The notes beneath the pieces are model-generated. The model was not told the DNA's origin and searched no databases. It saw only the letters and a program-made list of their open reading frames with translations. DNA of 64,000 bases, from NCBI GenBank assembly GCA_950097015.1, contig CATNEN010000002.1, positions 7,316,001 to 7,380,000 of the forward strand, given 5' to 3'. Both the position numbers and the translations under genes were made by a program. The stretch is from Macrostomum hystrix (lineage: Eukaryota > Animalia > Platyhelminthes). Below, piece by piece: positions 12,263 to 25,000 of this stretch (position 1 is the first letter of the stretch; each line of letters begins with the position of its first letter).

Positions 12263-13073
12263 TATGTTTTTCGACCTTTAAATGATCATATCGCTTCAGG
12301 CCATGCAAAATTGTTTCTACTCGTATATTCAATATAAAAATGACTTCTTAAGGTACATATAAAAAACATCCCATCTAAGCACTGCGCCCAGTCTGCAACA
12401 TCTTTCTGCTGCAGACGAAACAGGGCAAGGTGAAAGTTTAGCACTGAACAGCGGCTGCAGGGCCGTGGCTGACTGACTGGCTGATCCACAACTGGCTCTG
12501 CTTTGGACATCGGTGAAACTGGGACACAGAAGAGAGGCAGATTATGCATCTGCAAATCCTTCAGGCGCCTCTGCTGCCTTCCTTCCGGGAAGAGGGGGGC
12601 ATTTTTAACTGCGTTGCCGACTTTCTCTCCCCTCTGTTTCGTTTCGCGGGTTGGGGTGTTGTGGCCGCGGTGTACGCGCTGAAGCTCCCCCAGGTGCGGA
12701 GGCTGCGGAAAGATCAGCCAGGTAAAGAGAATTCGGAGGGCCATAGAATCTCTAGAGTGGAAGCAAATTGTTTGGGAAAGTCTCGGACACAGCCAGTTGG
12801 GATTGCGAAGATAGAAATTGCCCGCATCAGAATTCGACTTCCCCTCTGCCGCTCCGCCACCCACCCCTTCCTCCGAGCCCCCAGAAATCTTCCCAAATCC
12901 CGAGGACGTTGGTTGCAAAGTCTTCTTGCGCACATATTCCATAGGACAGATTTTCTGCTGCAATGTGCCGCTAATCTTAGATGCGAAAGCACTGAAAGCC
13001 CTTGCTATCTTGTGGATCCCATCTAGCGGGAAGCCTTCATCATCGGTTGTTGAAGGAGATCAAGCTCTAAATA

Positions 13074-16000
13074 ATGTTACTCAGGTGAGTTTGTAGCTTC
13101 TTTCATTTTGCTGCTTTATTAAAGTTTCATTTTGAAATCAACTTCTGGCTCTGCAGGTCCCAGTTGAGTTCATTCCTCTGCCTGGCAGTGCTTGTTGGCT
13201 GCTCATATGGCCAGGTAATTGTTCTGCATGATCTCTATTAGCTTCTGCCATGATTGGTCATTCTGGAAATTGTCCTCCGTGCTGTTCGCGTCATTTCAGG
13301 CCAAGAACTGCAGCTCCGTGTGCCTCAACGTCAACTGCCGGTGTGACAAGGGCGAGCGGGTGAGACCTTTTCAATAATTATAACCCAAGCTGAACCAATT
13401 GTGACCCAAGCTGAACCAATTATAACCCAAGCTGAACCAATTGTGACCCAAGCTGAACCAATTATGACCCAAGCTGAACCAATTGTGACCCAAGCTGAAC
13501 CAATTATGACCCAAACTGAACCAATTGTGACCCAAGCTGAACCAATTATGACCCAAGCTGAACCAATTGTGACCCAAGCTGAACCAATTGTGATCCAAGC
13601 TGAACCATAATGACCCAATCTGACCCCCAATGACTCAACCTGACTCATAATGACTCAACCTGACCCATAGTGACTCAACCTGACCCATAGTGATTCAACC
13701 AGACCCATAGTGACTCAACCTGACCCATTATGACTTAAACTGACCCATAATGATCCATACTGACTAACTATGACCTAAACTGGTCCATAATAGCTAAAAA
13801 TAATTGACAAAGACGTTGACTGACCCCGAATGGTCTTCGCCGACCCACAATTACCAAAAATGATCGGCGTGGGCCCAAAAGTTTTTGACCCAACCAACCG
13901 GATGAGGATCTACTTAATTTTTTGCGGACATATGCAGCCGATATCTTGGCTAGGATATTTCCATTCGCTATTCAACCGCAAAATCACAATTTCTTCGAAA
14001 TCAGGGTCCCCGAGGTCAACCCGGCTTCGCCGGAGTTCCCGGCAGCGTCGGACCGAGGGGTTCCTCCGGTGCCATCGGCTACACTGGAGAGTCCGGACCT
14101 CAGGGCGCCAAGGGCTCCTTCGGAGAGAAGGGAATCAAGGTGAGCACATTTGAAACTCCCGTCTCACAATGCTATTTCCTCATTCACGATGCCATTTCCT
14201 CATTCACGGTGCCATTCCGTGATCCACGATGCCATTTCCTCTTTCACGATGCCATTTCCTTATCACGATGCCATCTCCTCATTCACGATGCCATCTCCTC
14301 ATTCTCGATGCCATCTCCTCATTCACGATGCCATTTCGTGATCCATGATGCCATTTCCTTATAAGGAAATCCTTACATTTCTGAATGGTCATCGTAAAGT
14401 GTCGCTATAAGACTTAGCCCTAGTAAAGGGCTTGATAGGGGGTCAGTGGCAGAGCGGTTAACGCGTTTGCCTCTCGCACCTCGGTCCCTGAGCTCGATTC
14501 CACGGCGAGGCCACATTTATTTGGGGCGCAGCCGCGGAGAGAAGGCTTGGGGGCTTGCCGTGCAATTTACGCCCTTGAGGGCCAACCTCCATGTCACAGT
14601 GAGAGTGCACACTGCCTGACGATGAGAAAGTCAGGGCAGATGTACACACCTGTGTGAGCGTGTGCCTGCGTACAGTATCTGTGTGCGTGTGTGCTCAGGA
14701 GTCAGCGAAATGGGCAGAATCGCCTCCACGCTGGCTGTGGTTGTAGTGTCACTAAATGATAAGCTATTGTCTGCAGCCCTCCTGCAATTATTATTATGAT
14801 TAATCAGCTTGATTAAAACAAAACTTGTTTCTAAAATGATTTTCAGGGCGACCCTGGTCAGTCCGGCTATCCAGGCACTGCAGGCGAGGATGTGAGTCGG
14901 TGTGAATATTAAAGTCTTAAAGTACTTTTCGTACTTTTGCATTTCAGGAAAAATAAATTCTCTTGCCATTATATTTCTGACCAGGGTCTGCCGGGACTTC
15001 CCGGTGCCAAGGGTGACAAGGGCGATCGCGGCTGCGACGGCGAGCAGGTGAGCTTCGGGAGCACTTTCCCAGGATTATATTTGATTTCACCTGGTCCAAA
15101 TAAAGGTGCGAATTGACTTCGGTTTTCCTTCAGGGTCGAACTGGCGATGTCGGCGACAAAGGCGAGCGCGGATTCGACGGCGACCCGGGCCCAGACGGTC
15201 CGCCAGGCGACAAGGGCGACTCCAGCAGCGCTGCAGTCGGCACGAAGGGCGAGAAGGCGAGTCCTGATGAAAGATTTTTTCCTTAGGATTTCAAAAATTA
15301 GTCTGCTTTTTTTCATTTTTGACCAAAACTTCAGGGCTTCAGGGGCGCCGATGGTAGAAACGGCATCGACGGACCGCCTGGAGCTCAGGGTCCGCGCGGT
15401 GACACGGGCTTCAAAGGCTACCCCGGTCAGCAGGTGAGTAAGCTCTAAACAGTAAACTGTAAACAATAAACTGTAAACTGTAAACAGTAAACTGTAAACT
15501 GTAAACTGTAAACTGTAAACTGTAAACTGTAAACTGTAAACTGTGAATCATTGACTGTTAACTTGAGGGCGAACTCGGCAAACCAGGCGAAAAAGGCAAC
15601 ACCGGTCAACGTGGCGAGAAAGGCGATACTATTCCCGGCTACAAAGGTCAGCAGGGCGACAGCGGCCCGCTCGGAATTCAGTGCTCTACGGTGCAGCTCA
15701 AAGTGCCTAAGGGCTCATTTATGAACATTAACAGGACAATGCAGGGACCAAAGGGTGCCCAAGGCGAGAAGGTGAATTTGTAATTGCTTTGTTCGAAGAG
15801 ATTGAGTCCATCCCTACCTGTCCATCCCTACCTGTCCATCCCTACCTGTCCATCCCTTCCTGTCCATCACTACCTGTCCATCCCTACCTGTCCATCCCTA
15901 CCTGTCCATCCCTACCTTTCCATCCCTTCCTGTCCATCACTACCTGTCCATCCCTTCCTGTCCATCACTACCTGTCCATCCCTTCCTGTCCATCCCTACC

Positions 16001-19000
16001 TGTCCATCCCTACCTGTCCATCCCTTCCTGTCCATCACTACCTGTCCATCCCTACCTGTCCATCCCTACCTGTCCATCCCTACCTTTCCATCCCTTCCTG
16101 TCCATCACTACCTGTCCATCCCTTCCTGTCCATCACTACCTGTCCATCCCTTCCTGTCCATCCCTACCTGTCCATCCCTACCTGTCCATCCCTTCCTGTC
16201 CATCACTACCTGTCCATCCCTACCTGTCCATCCCTACCTGTCCATCCCTACCTTTCCATCCCTTCCTGTCCATCACTACCTGTCCATCCCTTCCTGTCCA
16301 TCACTACCTGTCCATCCCTACCTGTCCATCCCTACCTGTCCATCACTACCTGTCCATCCCTTCCTGTCCATCACTACCTGTCCATCCCTACCTGTCCATC
16401 ACTACCTGTCCATCCCTTCCTGTCCATCCCTTCCTGTCCATCACTACCTGTCCATCCCTTCCTGTCCATCACTACCTGTCCATCCCTACCTGTCCATCCC
16501 TACCTGTCCATCCCTACCTGTCCATCCCTTCCTGTCCATCACTACCTGTCCATCCCTTCCTGTCCATCACTACCTGTCCATCCCTACCTGTCCATCCCTA
16601 CCTGTCCATCACTACCTGTCCATCCCTTCCTGTCCATCCTTTCCTGTCCATCACTACCTGTCCATCCCTTCCTGTCCATCCTTTCCTGTCCATCACTATC
16701 TTCCATCCCTACCTGTCCATCCCAACCTGTCCATCCCTTCCTGTCCATCACTACCTGTCCATCCCTTTCTGTCCATCACTACCGGTCCATCAATACCCAT
16801 CCCTTCCTGTCCATCACTACCTGTCCATCCCTACCTGTCCATCACTACCCGTCCATCTCTACCTATCCATCTCTACCTATCCATCTCTGCCTGTCTATCT
16901 CTACCTGTCCATCTCTACCTGTCAATCTCTACCTATCCATCTCTACCTGTCTATCTCTATCTGTTATTCTTTACCTGTCCATCTTTACCTGTCCATCTCT
17001 ACCTGTCCATCCCTAACGGTCCATCTCTACCTGTCCATCACTACCCGTCCATGAATACTTGTCCATCACTACCTGTCCATATCTACCTATCTATTTCTAC
17101 CTGTCCTTTTCTACCTCTCAATCAATACACTACCTGTCCATCTCTTCTTGTCTATCTGTTTATCTACCTGGATGCAAAATTATCAATTTATCAACGCCAC
17201 CTTGCAGGGAGATAGCGGCGAGCCCGGTGAAAAGGGACCTCCTGGCGAGAAGGGCCAAACCGTAAGAAACCTGAAATCGGTTTATTAAAAAACGCTATTC
17301 TCTCTACTGCTAGTAGATCTGTCAGCATTCTAACTGAAACGTCAAGTGCAAAATAGTCAATTTTTGTCAATCTTCTTTTACTCAAGGGCAAGGACGGAAC
17401 TTCGGGTTCGGACGGACCGCCGGGACCTCCGGGAACTTCCGGTCCGAAGGGACTGGCCGGAGTGAAGGGCGATAAGGGCGACAAAGGAGAAACAGTGAGG
17501 ATTCGATTTGGCAGTTCTCGAATGTTTATGACCTAATTATTTCAATATTTGGCTAACTATTTTCCCAAGCCCGCTTATATACTCGCCACCTATTTCCCAA
17601 CCCTTCCCAAGTCGCAACTTCCCTGACTCGCATTTAGATTAATCAAGCGAGATCCCTATTAATCCCTATTCACAGAGCATAACTTATCCCAAGTGAATCC
17701 CAGCTTAAACTTATATCGAAACTTATCCCCTCCAGATCCAAATTTATTATATCTAAATGACAACTTATTACATTGACATCATGCATTATTGGAATTAGAT
17801 CCCAAATTATCCCATCCGAATCCCAAATTATCCCATCCGAATCTCAAATTATCCCATCCAAATCCCAACTTATCCCATCCAGATCCCAACTTATCCCATC
17901 CAGATCCCAACTTATCCCATCCAGGTCCCAACTTATCCCATTCAGATCCCAACTTATCCCATCCAGATCCCAACTTATCCTATCCAGATCCAAATTGATC
18001 CCACCCAGCTTCAATATCCTAAATTTAGCCCAGCCTATCGCCGTACAAATCCTAAGGGAACAGACGGTCGTCCGGGTCCTGAAGGCGCCAAAGGCCAGCA
18101 GGGCCCGAAGGGCATCAAGGGCGTCCACGGCAAGGACGGCAGCTCCGGCCAGACGGGTCCAAAAGGCTTCTCCGGTCCAGACGGTGTCTGCGCCAACATC
18201 TCCGGCTCAGCCGGCGACAAGGGCAACGACGGCCGGGCTGGCGAGAGCGGCGAGAAGGGCATCGCCGGGCCAGGGGGGCCGCAGGGTCCGAAGGGCCGAC
18301 CTGGACAAACCGGACTGAAGGGCGATCCGGGCAGCGACTGTCGGGACGGTGTCAAAGGCCTGGAAGGCGACAAAGGCGACCCGGGACCGAAGGGCTACAG
18401 GGGCGGGCCGGGCCGGCAGGGCGACCAGGGCGAGAAGGGCGTTCGCGGCGACAAGGGCGATCGCGGCGTTGGACAGAGAGGCGACCCCGGCCCGAAAGGC
18501 ATCTTTGGAGAATTCGGGCGGCAGGTGAGGCTTTTCAGCGGATGCAGAGGATGTACTTTTATGGGAGTGTGGGGTGCGAGGCGGCCGTGCCATGATTGGG
18601 TCTTTGATTTTAAAGGGGTCTGAGCCACCATTGAAGTGTAAATTTGTAGGGGGCTGAGCCACCATTGTGGTGTGATTTTGTAGGGGGCTGAGCCACCATT
18701 GAAGTGTAATTTTGTAGGGGGCTGAGCCACCATTGAAGTGTAATTTTGTAGGGGCTGAGCCACCATTGTGGTGTGATTTTGTAGGGGGCTGAGCCACCAT
18801 TGCGGTGTGATTTTGTAAGGGGCTGAGCCACCATTGCGGTGTGATTTTGTAAGGGGCTGAGCCACTGTTGGGGTGTGATTTTGTAAGGGGCTGAGCCACT
18901 GTTGGTGTGTGATTTTTTAAAGGGCTGAGCCACTGTTGGGGTGTGATTTTGTAAGGGGCTGAGCCACTGTTGGGGTGTGATTTTGTAAGGGGCTGAGCCA

Positions 19001-22000
19001 CTGTTGGTGTGTGATTTTGTAAGGGGCTGAGCCACTGTTGGTGTGTGATTTTTTAAAGGGCTGAGCCACTGTTGGGGTGTGATTTTGTAAGGGGCTGAGC
19101 CACTGTTGGGGTGTGATTTTGTAAGGGGCTGAGCCACTGTTGGTGTGTGATTTTGTAAAGGGCTGAGCCACTGTTGGGGTGTGATTTTGTAGGGGGCTGA
19201 GCCACCATTGAAGTCGCCAAAATCGCCCAAACTGATTGCAGGGCGATCGCGGACCGACTGGTGAGAAGGGCGACAACGGCGACAGTTTGCAGGGCTACGC
19301 TGGGCCGCCCGGCCAGATGGGACCCCTTGGTGATCGGGGGCCGCAGGGCAAGCAAGGACGCGACGGCGACAAAGGCAGCAACGGCAGCCTGGGTTGGTGC
19401 AGCCGCATCACCTGCAGCCAGGGCGAACGTGGCGACCTGGGACCAAAGGGAGACAATGGCGAGAAAGGCGACTTGGGGCCCAGAGGAATAATCGGAGACA
19501 AGGGCGAGAATGGCAGCCGCGGCGTAAAGGGAGAGAAAGGCGACGTCGGACCGCGTGGCTTCCCTGTAAGCATCGGGAAATTTTTCGGCGAATCGGCGAG
19601 AGTCTAAAATTATGCACTTTAATAGTACAATGAAAGATCGAATCTCATATTTTTCAGGGCGAAACCGGCGTTTTTGGCGACAAAGGTAGAAAGGGCTTCC
19701 CGGGTCCGGACACAGTTCTGCAGCTCGATCTATTGAAAGGTGCGAAATCTCATGTGCCAGCGGGATCGGCGTCACAGATTTTTGCAACTGACGACTCATT
19801 ACCCACTCAATTTGCAGGTCAGAAAGGTGAGACTGGCCTGAAGGGCCAGAACGGCACCCTCGGCGACAAGGGCAACAAAGGTATTGATGGCCCTCGTGGG
19901 CGAAAAGGCTACACCGGATTCAAGGGCGAGAAGGCGAGTTTTAAACGGCTTTATCGCCCTACCATGCAGCCTCACCATAAGATCTCATCCTCACAATCAG
20001 ATCCCACCTCATCCTCATAATCAGATCCCATCTCAATCAGATCCCACCTCATCCTCATAATCAGATCCCATCTCAATCAGATCCCATCTCATTCTCATAA
20101 TCAGATCCCATCTCAATCAGATCCCATCTCATCCTCATAATCAGATCCCATCTCATCCTCATAATCAGATCCCATCTCATCCTCACAATCAGATCCCACC
20201 TCATCCTCATAATCAGATCCCATCTCAATCAGATCCCATCTCATCCTCATAATCAGATCCCATCTCAATCAGATCCCATCTCATCCTCATAATCAGATCC
20301 CATCTCAATCAGATCCCATCTCATCCTCATAATCAGATCCCATCTCATCCTCATAATCAGATCCCATCTCATCCTCACAATCAGATCCCACCTCATCCTC
20401 ATAATCAGATCCCATCTCAATCAGATCCCATCTCATCCTCATAATCAGATCCCATCTCAATCAGATCCCATCTTATCCTCATAATCAGATCCCATCTCAT
20501 CCTCATAATCAGATCCTATCTCATCTCATGCCATTGCTTCTCATCTCCCAGGGCATCGATGGAATCCCTGGTCGTGACGGAATCGATGGCGCCAAAGGCG
20601 ACAACGGATCCAAGGGTAGCCAGGGCGAGAAAGGCGAGCCCGGCTTCGCCATGTCCGGAGCCATCGGACGGGCCGGTCCTTCGGGCCGCCCCGGCGACAA
20701 AGGCGAGCCGGGCCTCAAGGGCGCCGACGGACAGAGGGGCGACCGCGGCGACACGGGCGATCTGGGCGAGAAAGGCGAACGAGGCACCGACGGCGTTCGC
20801 GGCGACAAGGGCGAGTCGGGCCTGATGGGTCGGCGAGGCAAAAAGGGCGAGACTGGACCGATTGGTCCCCAGGGTGACAAGGGCGATCTCGGCGATAAAG
20901 GCATTCGCGGCGACAAGGGCAGCCTGGGCGAGGCTGGCTTTGACGGCGAAAAAGGCGCCAACGGCACCAAAGGCGACACTGGTGACAACGGCGAAAAGGG
21001 AAACGCTGGTGTGTACTGAAATGTACAATGTAACGAACAAAAGCCAATGAATGAGTGTGCGTCTGATCAGGTTAAAAATCTCTTATTTATAACTAGCTCG
21101 GCCATAGACTAAACGTTTCTTTAAACTCAGAGTAGAAAAGTCGGCCACAGCCTACGCAAGAGGTAAAGAAATTTGTTCTCATGATCACTGTACGCGTGAG
21201 TGTGTACTCGGACTCAGACTACTAAATTACTGAGCCTAAATAAAAATAGGCTCAGTAAAGTCTTTTGTTGAGGCCAGATCCACGGTCTACTGAACATAAG
21301 GCAATGTGCAGTGCACAATCTACACTTATAAGTTCGATTCTCCCTTCAAGTCACGATTAATTTCGGGACTTGTTGGAGGGTTTGGACAGTAGCGACCGGC
21401 GGAGGTGCACCATATTTCGTGCAATCAAAGCTTGAAATAATAGCTTCGCTCCTGCCTTCTGTGTGCCTGTTCTGCGTTGTGTGAGTTGTGTGCGTTGGCG
21501 CTGGGGCGTGAGGCCTTGCGGGGTGGTTGGGGGCGGGTGTACACCGCCGCGCGCTTTCTGGACTTCCGTCAGCGCGATTGGATAAGTGTACACCCATCAC
21601 CCGCCCCCCCTGAGGACTGATTTCTTATCAGCCTTCCGCCCCCGGCTTGGTCTGCTCTGTGCGTGTGGGGCTGGGGTGGGGGGGCACTGCTGCCTATTCT
21701 GGGTGCCTTTTGCCCTCCCCGGCTGGTCTGTGCTGCTGTGTGTGGTGCCTGCTCAGGGGAGGCGGCGCGATGGGCACTAAGCGCCTAGTTCGCCGGTCTG
21801 GGGGCGTGCCGCTCCGTCGCTTGTGCGACAAGTGCCCCGGGCCCCCCTGCAAATAGATAGATAGATAGATGGGAGAAAAATTGTGCTCAACAGCAAGACA
21901 CTTAAGTTGTTAGTAGCTAGGGCAGAAAGTCCATGGACTGATCGTCAGAGAAACACATACAAGATAAATGAGTTCTTTTTTAGGCTTACTTGGCGAGGTC

Positions 22001-25000
22001 GATCAGATAGTCCACCTGATCTCCGTAGCCTTCTTCGCCTTAAAATTAGGAAATTTTTCAAGATTCAGATAAAAAAGACGCGTTGTTATTTCTAGGAAAC
22101 GCATGGATGCTTTTAAGAATATTTTTAGCTTTCTATAAAAGACCGTGTAGATTTTTAGATATGTTTACAGGACTTATGATGGCAATTAGGTTTCTTAGAA
22201 TGATCAGGATTTTTTAAGAAAGACTATTTTAACAAAAACACCATAAAGTTTCTAAGAAACACAATAACGTGTGTTATCCTGCCGGGCCCCCCTGCAAATA
22301 GATAGAGAAAGGCGAGCCCGTAAAAGTGAAAAGGCCACACTATTTTCCCCACTGGGCTATTTCAAATGCCCACTGCCTGCTTCTCGACAGCTCCCAAACC
22401 GAATGACCGATTTTCGTGAAAGTCCACCATATAGATCTCATAGGCAAATTCATATTGAATAAAAAAATACCAATATAATAAATACAAAATGATCAGCATC
22501 AGCAACAATAGCCGACATGGTTACACGATGAAACTTTGAGAGCAGAAAAGGCATGCCTATATTGGTGGTTTAGCCACCAGACAACCCAACAAGAATCATC
22601 GAATATCTCAAAGATTCAATGTTCTGTGATTCTGGAAGCAGTTTCATCGGGTAGAGTGGAAAATTTTGCCTATGCCGTGGATTTTCATGGTGATAGGTTG
22701 AAAACTTTAGGATATACAGGAAAAAGAAAAATGTGTGCATTCGAAAATGTCTTGGGACATTTGCATATTGGGACAAGAACTATTTGCATACATACATTGC
22801 ATAAGTACGTTGATCCCACCGCTGCCGCCAAGGTCCCCGAGGTCGAGCTGGCGATGCAACCACCGGCGTCAAGGGTGAGAAAGGCGTGCAGGGCTTCCAG
22901 GGTCTGAAGGGCACCACCGGCGATAAAGGCTTTAAAGGTGACAGCGGCGTTCCCGGCGTGAACGGCTCAAAGGGCGACAAGGGAGACAAGGGCGAGCGCG
23001 GAGTCAAGGGCGACACTGGCGCCACTGGCGACAAGGGCATCAAAGGCGAGCTGGCCGAGAAGGGCGAGAAAGGCGTGGCCGGACCGCGCGGACCAACTGG
23101 CGAGGTTGGCGAGAAGGGCATTCAAGGAATGCCGGGCAAGCCGGCGCACTGCAAGAGCCTCGGCCCGGAAGGCCGGCAGGGCGTGAGGGGCCCGATGGGA
23201 CCAAAAGGCTCCAACGGCGCCAAGGTATTTGAAATCTTCTTTCAATTCTTGTCTCTATTTAACGAGCAGTTTTCTTTGCATAAATCAGTTTACCGAACCG
23301 TCTGACAGGGCGATGTTGGTCCGAAAGGCTCCAAAAGCGACAAAGGTTCAACTGGTCCGCAAGGCCGAGTTGGCGACACTGGCGACAAGGGCGACATCGG
23401 ACCGAAGGGCTTCCAGGGTGAAATGGGTCCGACTGGCGAGAAGGGCGTTCAGGGCGAGACTGGCGATCAGGGACCGCAAGGCCTGATCGGACCGAAGGGA
23501 CCAGTTGGCGACCTGGGACCCAAGGGCGAGCAGGGACCGATCGGCGAGAAGGGCATGCAGGTGCGCAGGGGTGATTGGGTGGTTTCTAGGGTGGTTTCTA
23601 CGACTCTGAACTTGATTACGTGGCGAGGCCACATTCGTTTGGGCCGCAGCCGCGGAGAGAAGGCTTGGGGGCTGGTCGTGCTATTTAGGCCATTGAGGGC
23701 CAACCCACAAGGCACAGTGAGTGTACACTGCCTGACGATTAGATGTTCACACCTGTGTGGTGTGTGCTAAGCTCTCAGCGGAATGGGCAGAATCGGCTCC
23801 TCGATGTCAATTTTAAATTCGAATTCTCTAACATTGTGCTTCCCTCTTCAAATCGTTCAGGGCCTCCCAGGCCGCGGTCTGAGAGGACCAAAAGGAGACC
23901 AGGGTCCAGTCGGTCCCGAAGGCTCGGTTGGTCCTCGCGGGCCGCTGGGCGAGCCGGGCAACCAGGGACCGCGCGGTCTGAACGGCGCTGGTCAGAAGGG
24001 CGTGAAAGGCGAGGTCGGGCCTCCGGGGCCGCTCGGACCCGACGGCAACGTCGGCCCGATGGGACCCAAGGGCGAGAAGGGCATCGCCGGAGCGGATGGA
24101 AAGCTTGGCCGGAAGGTGAGCAGAGCTCATCATTGCTCGTTACTTTATTATTTTGTATTTGGCTCTGAGTTTCAATGACTCGTTGTTTTGCTTCAGTATT
24201 TCAAGTGGAGTTGTTGCCTGGAAGTGGCGGACTCATGGCCTGATGGTTGGGGGTTCGATTCTTGACTCTCATCGAACAACTTTTGTTCTTTAGATAGAAA
24301 ATTAACTCTGTAAAGTGAAGCAGCTATGGTGATTGAGGGCGGGTGTGGTGTCCCTTCAGTCCATGGACTGGGCAGCCGTACGCAGCCTTCAGATGCGCTG
24401 CGCTTTCGCTGCCGCTGTGCTGTCGGCTGCGCGTCTGGCGCAACTGGGGCTGGTGTAATCAATTGATATTATTGTGTCTTTTCTTTTTCCTCAGGGCGAC
24501 CGCGGTCCCCAGGGCGACAAGGGCGTCAACGGCACTCTGGGCGAACGCGGTGACATTGGACCGAAGGGCGACAAAGGCAAAGTTGGCGAGATTGGCCGCG
24601 TCGGTGACCTGGGCGACAAGGGCGACACCGGGCAGAAGGGCGACTTCGAGAAGGGCAACCGGGGTGTCCCCGGCTCGAAGGGCGTCAAAGGTGAATTGGG
24701 AGTCAAGGGCGACGACGGTCCGAAGGGCGAGAAGGGCATCCAGGGCGGCGCCGGAAAGCTTGGCCGGAAGGGCGACAGAGGCGACACAGGGCCGAATGGA
24801 ACCGTCGGCGAGAGCGGCGAGAAGGGCCAGAAGGGCGAGACTGGCCTGTTTGGGCGCAGAGGCGACAAGGGCGACAAGGGCGACCGCGGCGAGAAAGGCG
24901 GCAAAGGACTCGACGGAGTGAAAGGCGATACCGGCGAGAAGGGCAACCACACGACGTGCGTGTCGGTGACGGGCTTGATGGGAGAGAAGGGCTTTCAGGG

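Noticed and set aside
12286-13096. Overlapping ORFs of 92-225 aa upstream of the collagen start
   Set aside because: They have no recognisable motifs and conflict across strands. The region is better explained as collagen promoter or 5' UTR, since a short ATG exon at 13074 yields a clean signal peptide.
14615-14640. Hammerhead-like words CTGACGA...GAAA in SINE family A (also at 550-575, 48700-48722 and 49048-49070)
   Set aside because: Only 3 nt separate CTGACGA from GAAA, so there is no stem II, and no stem III with a UH cleavage triplet can be drawn. The segment folds better as a plain CCTGAC/GTCAGG hairpin.
21922-21945. GAAA-GTCCATGGAC-TG resembling a palindromic hammerhead stem III
   Set aside because: The cleavage position would be G and there is no upstream CTGANGA.
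22305-22325. GAGAAAGGCGAGCCCG as an extra collagen micro-exon
   Set aside because: It has no usable acceptor, and exons 16 and 17 already join in frame with Gly-X-Y continuity.
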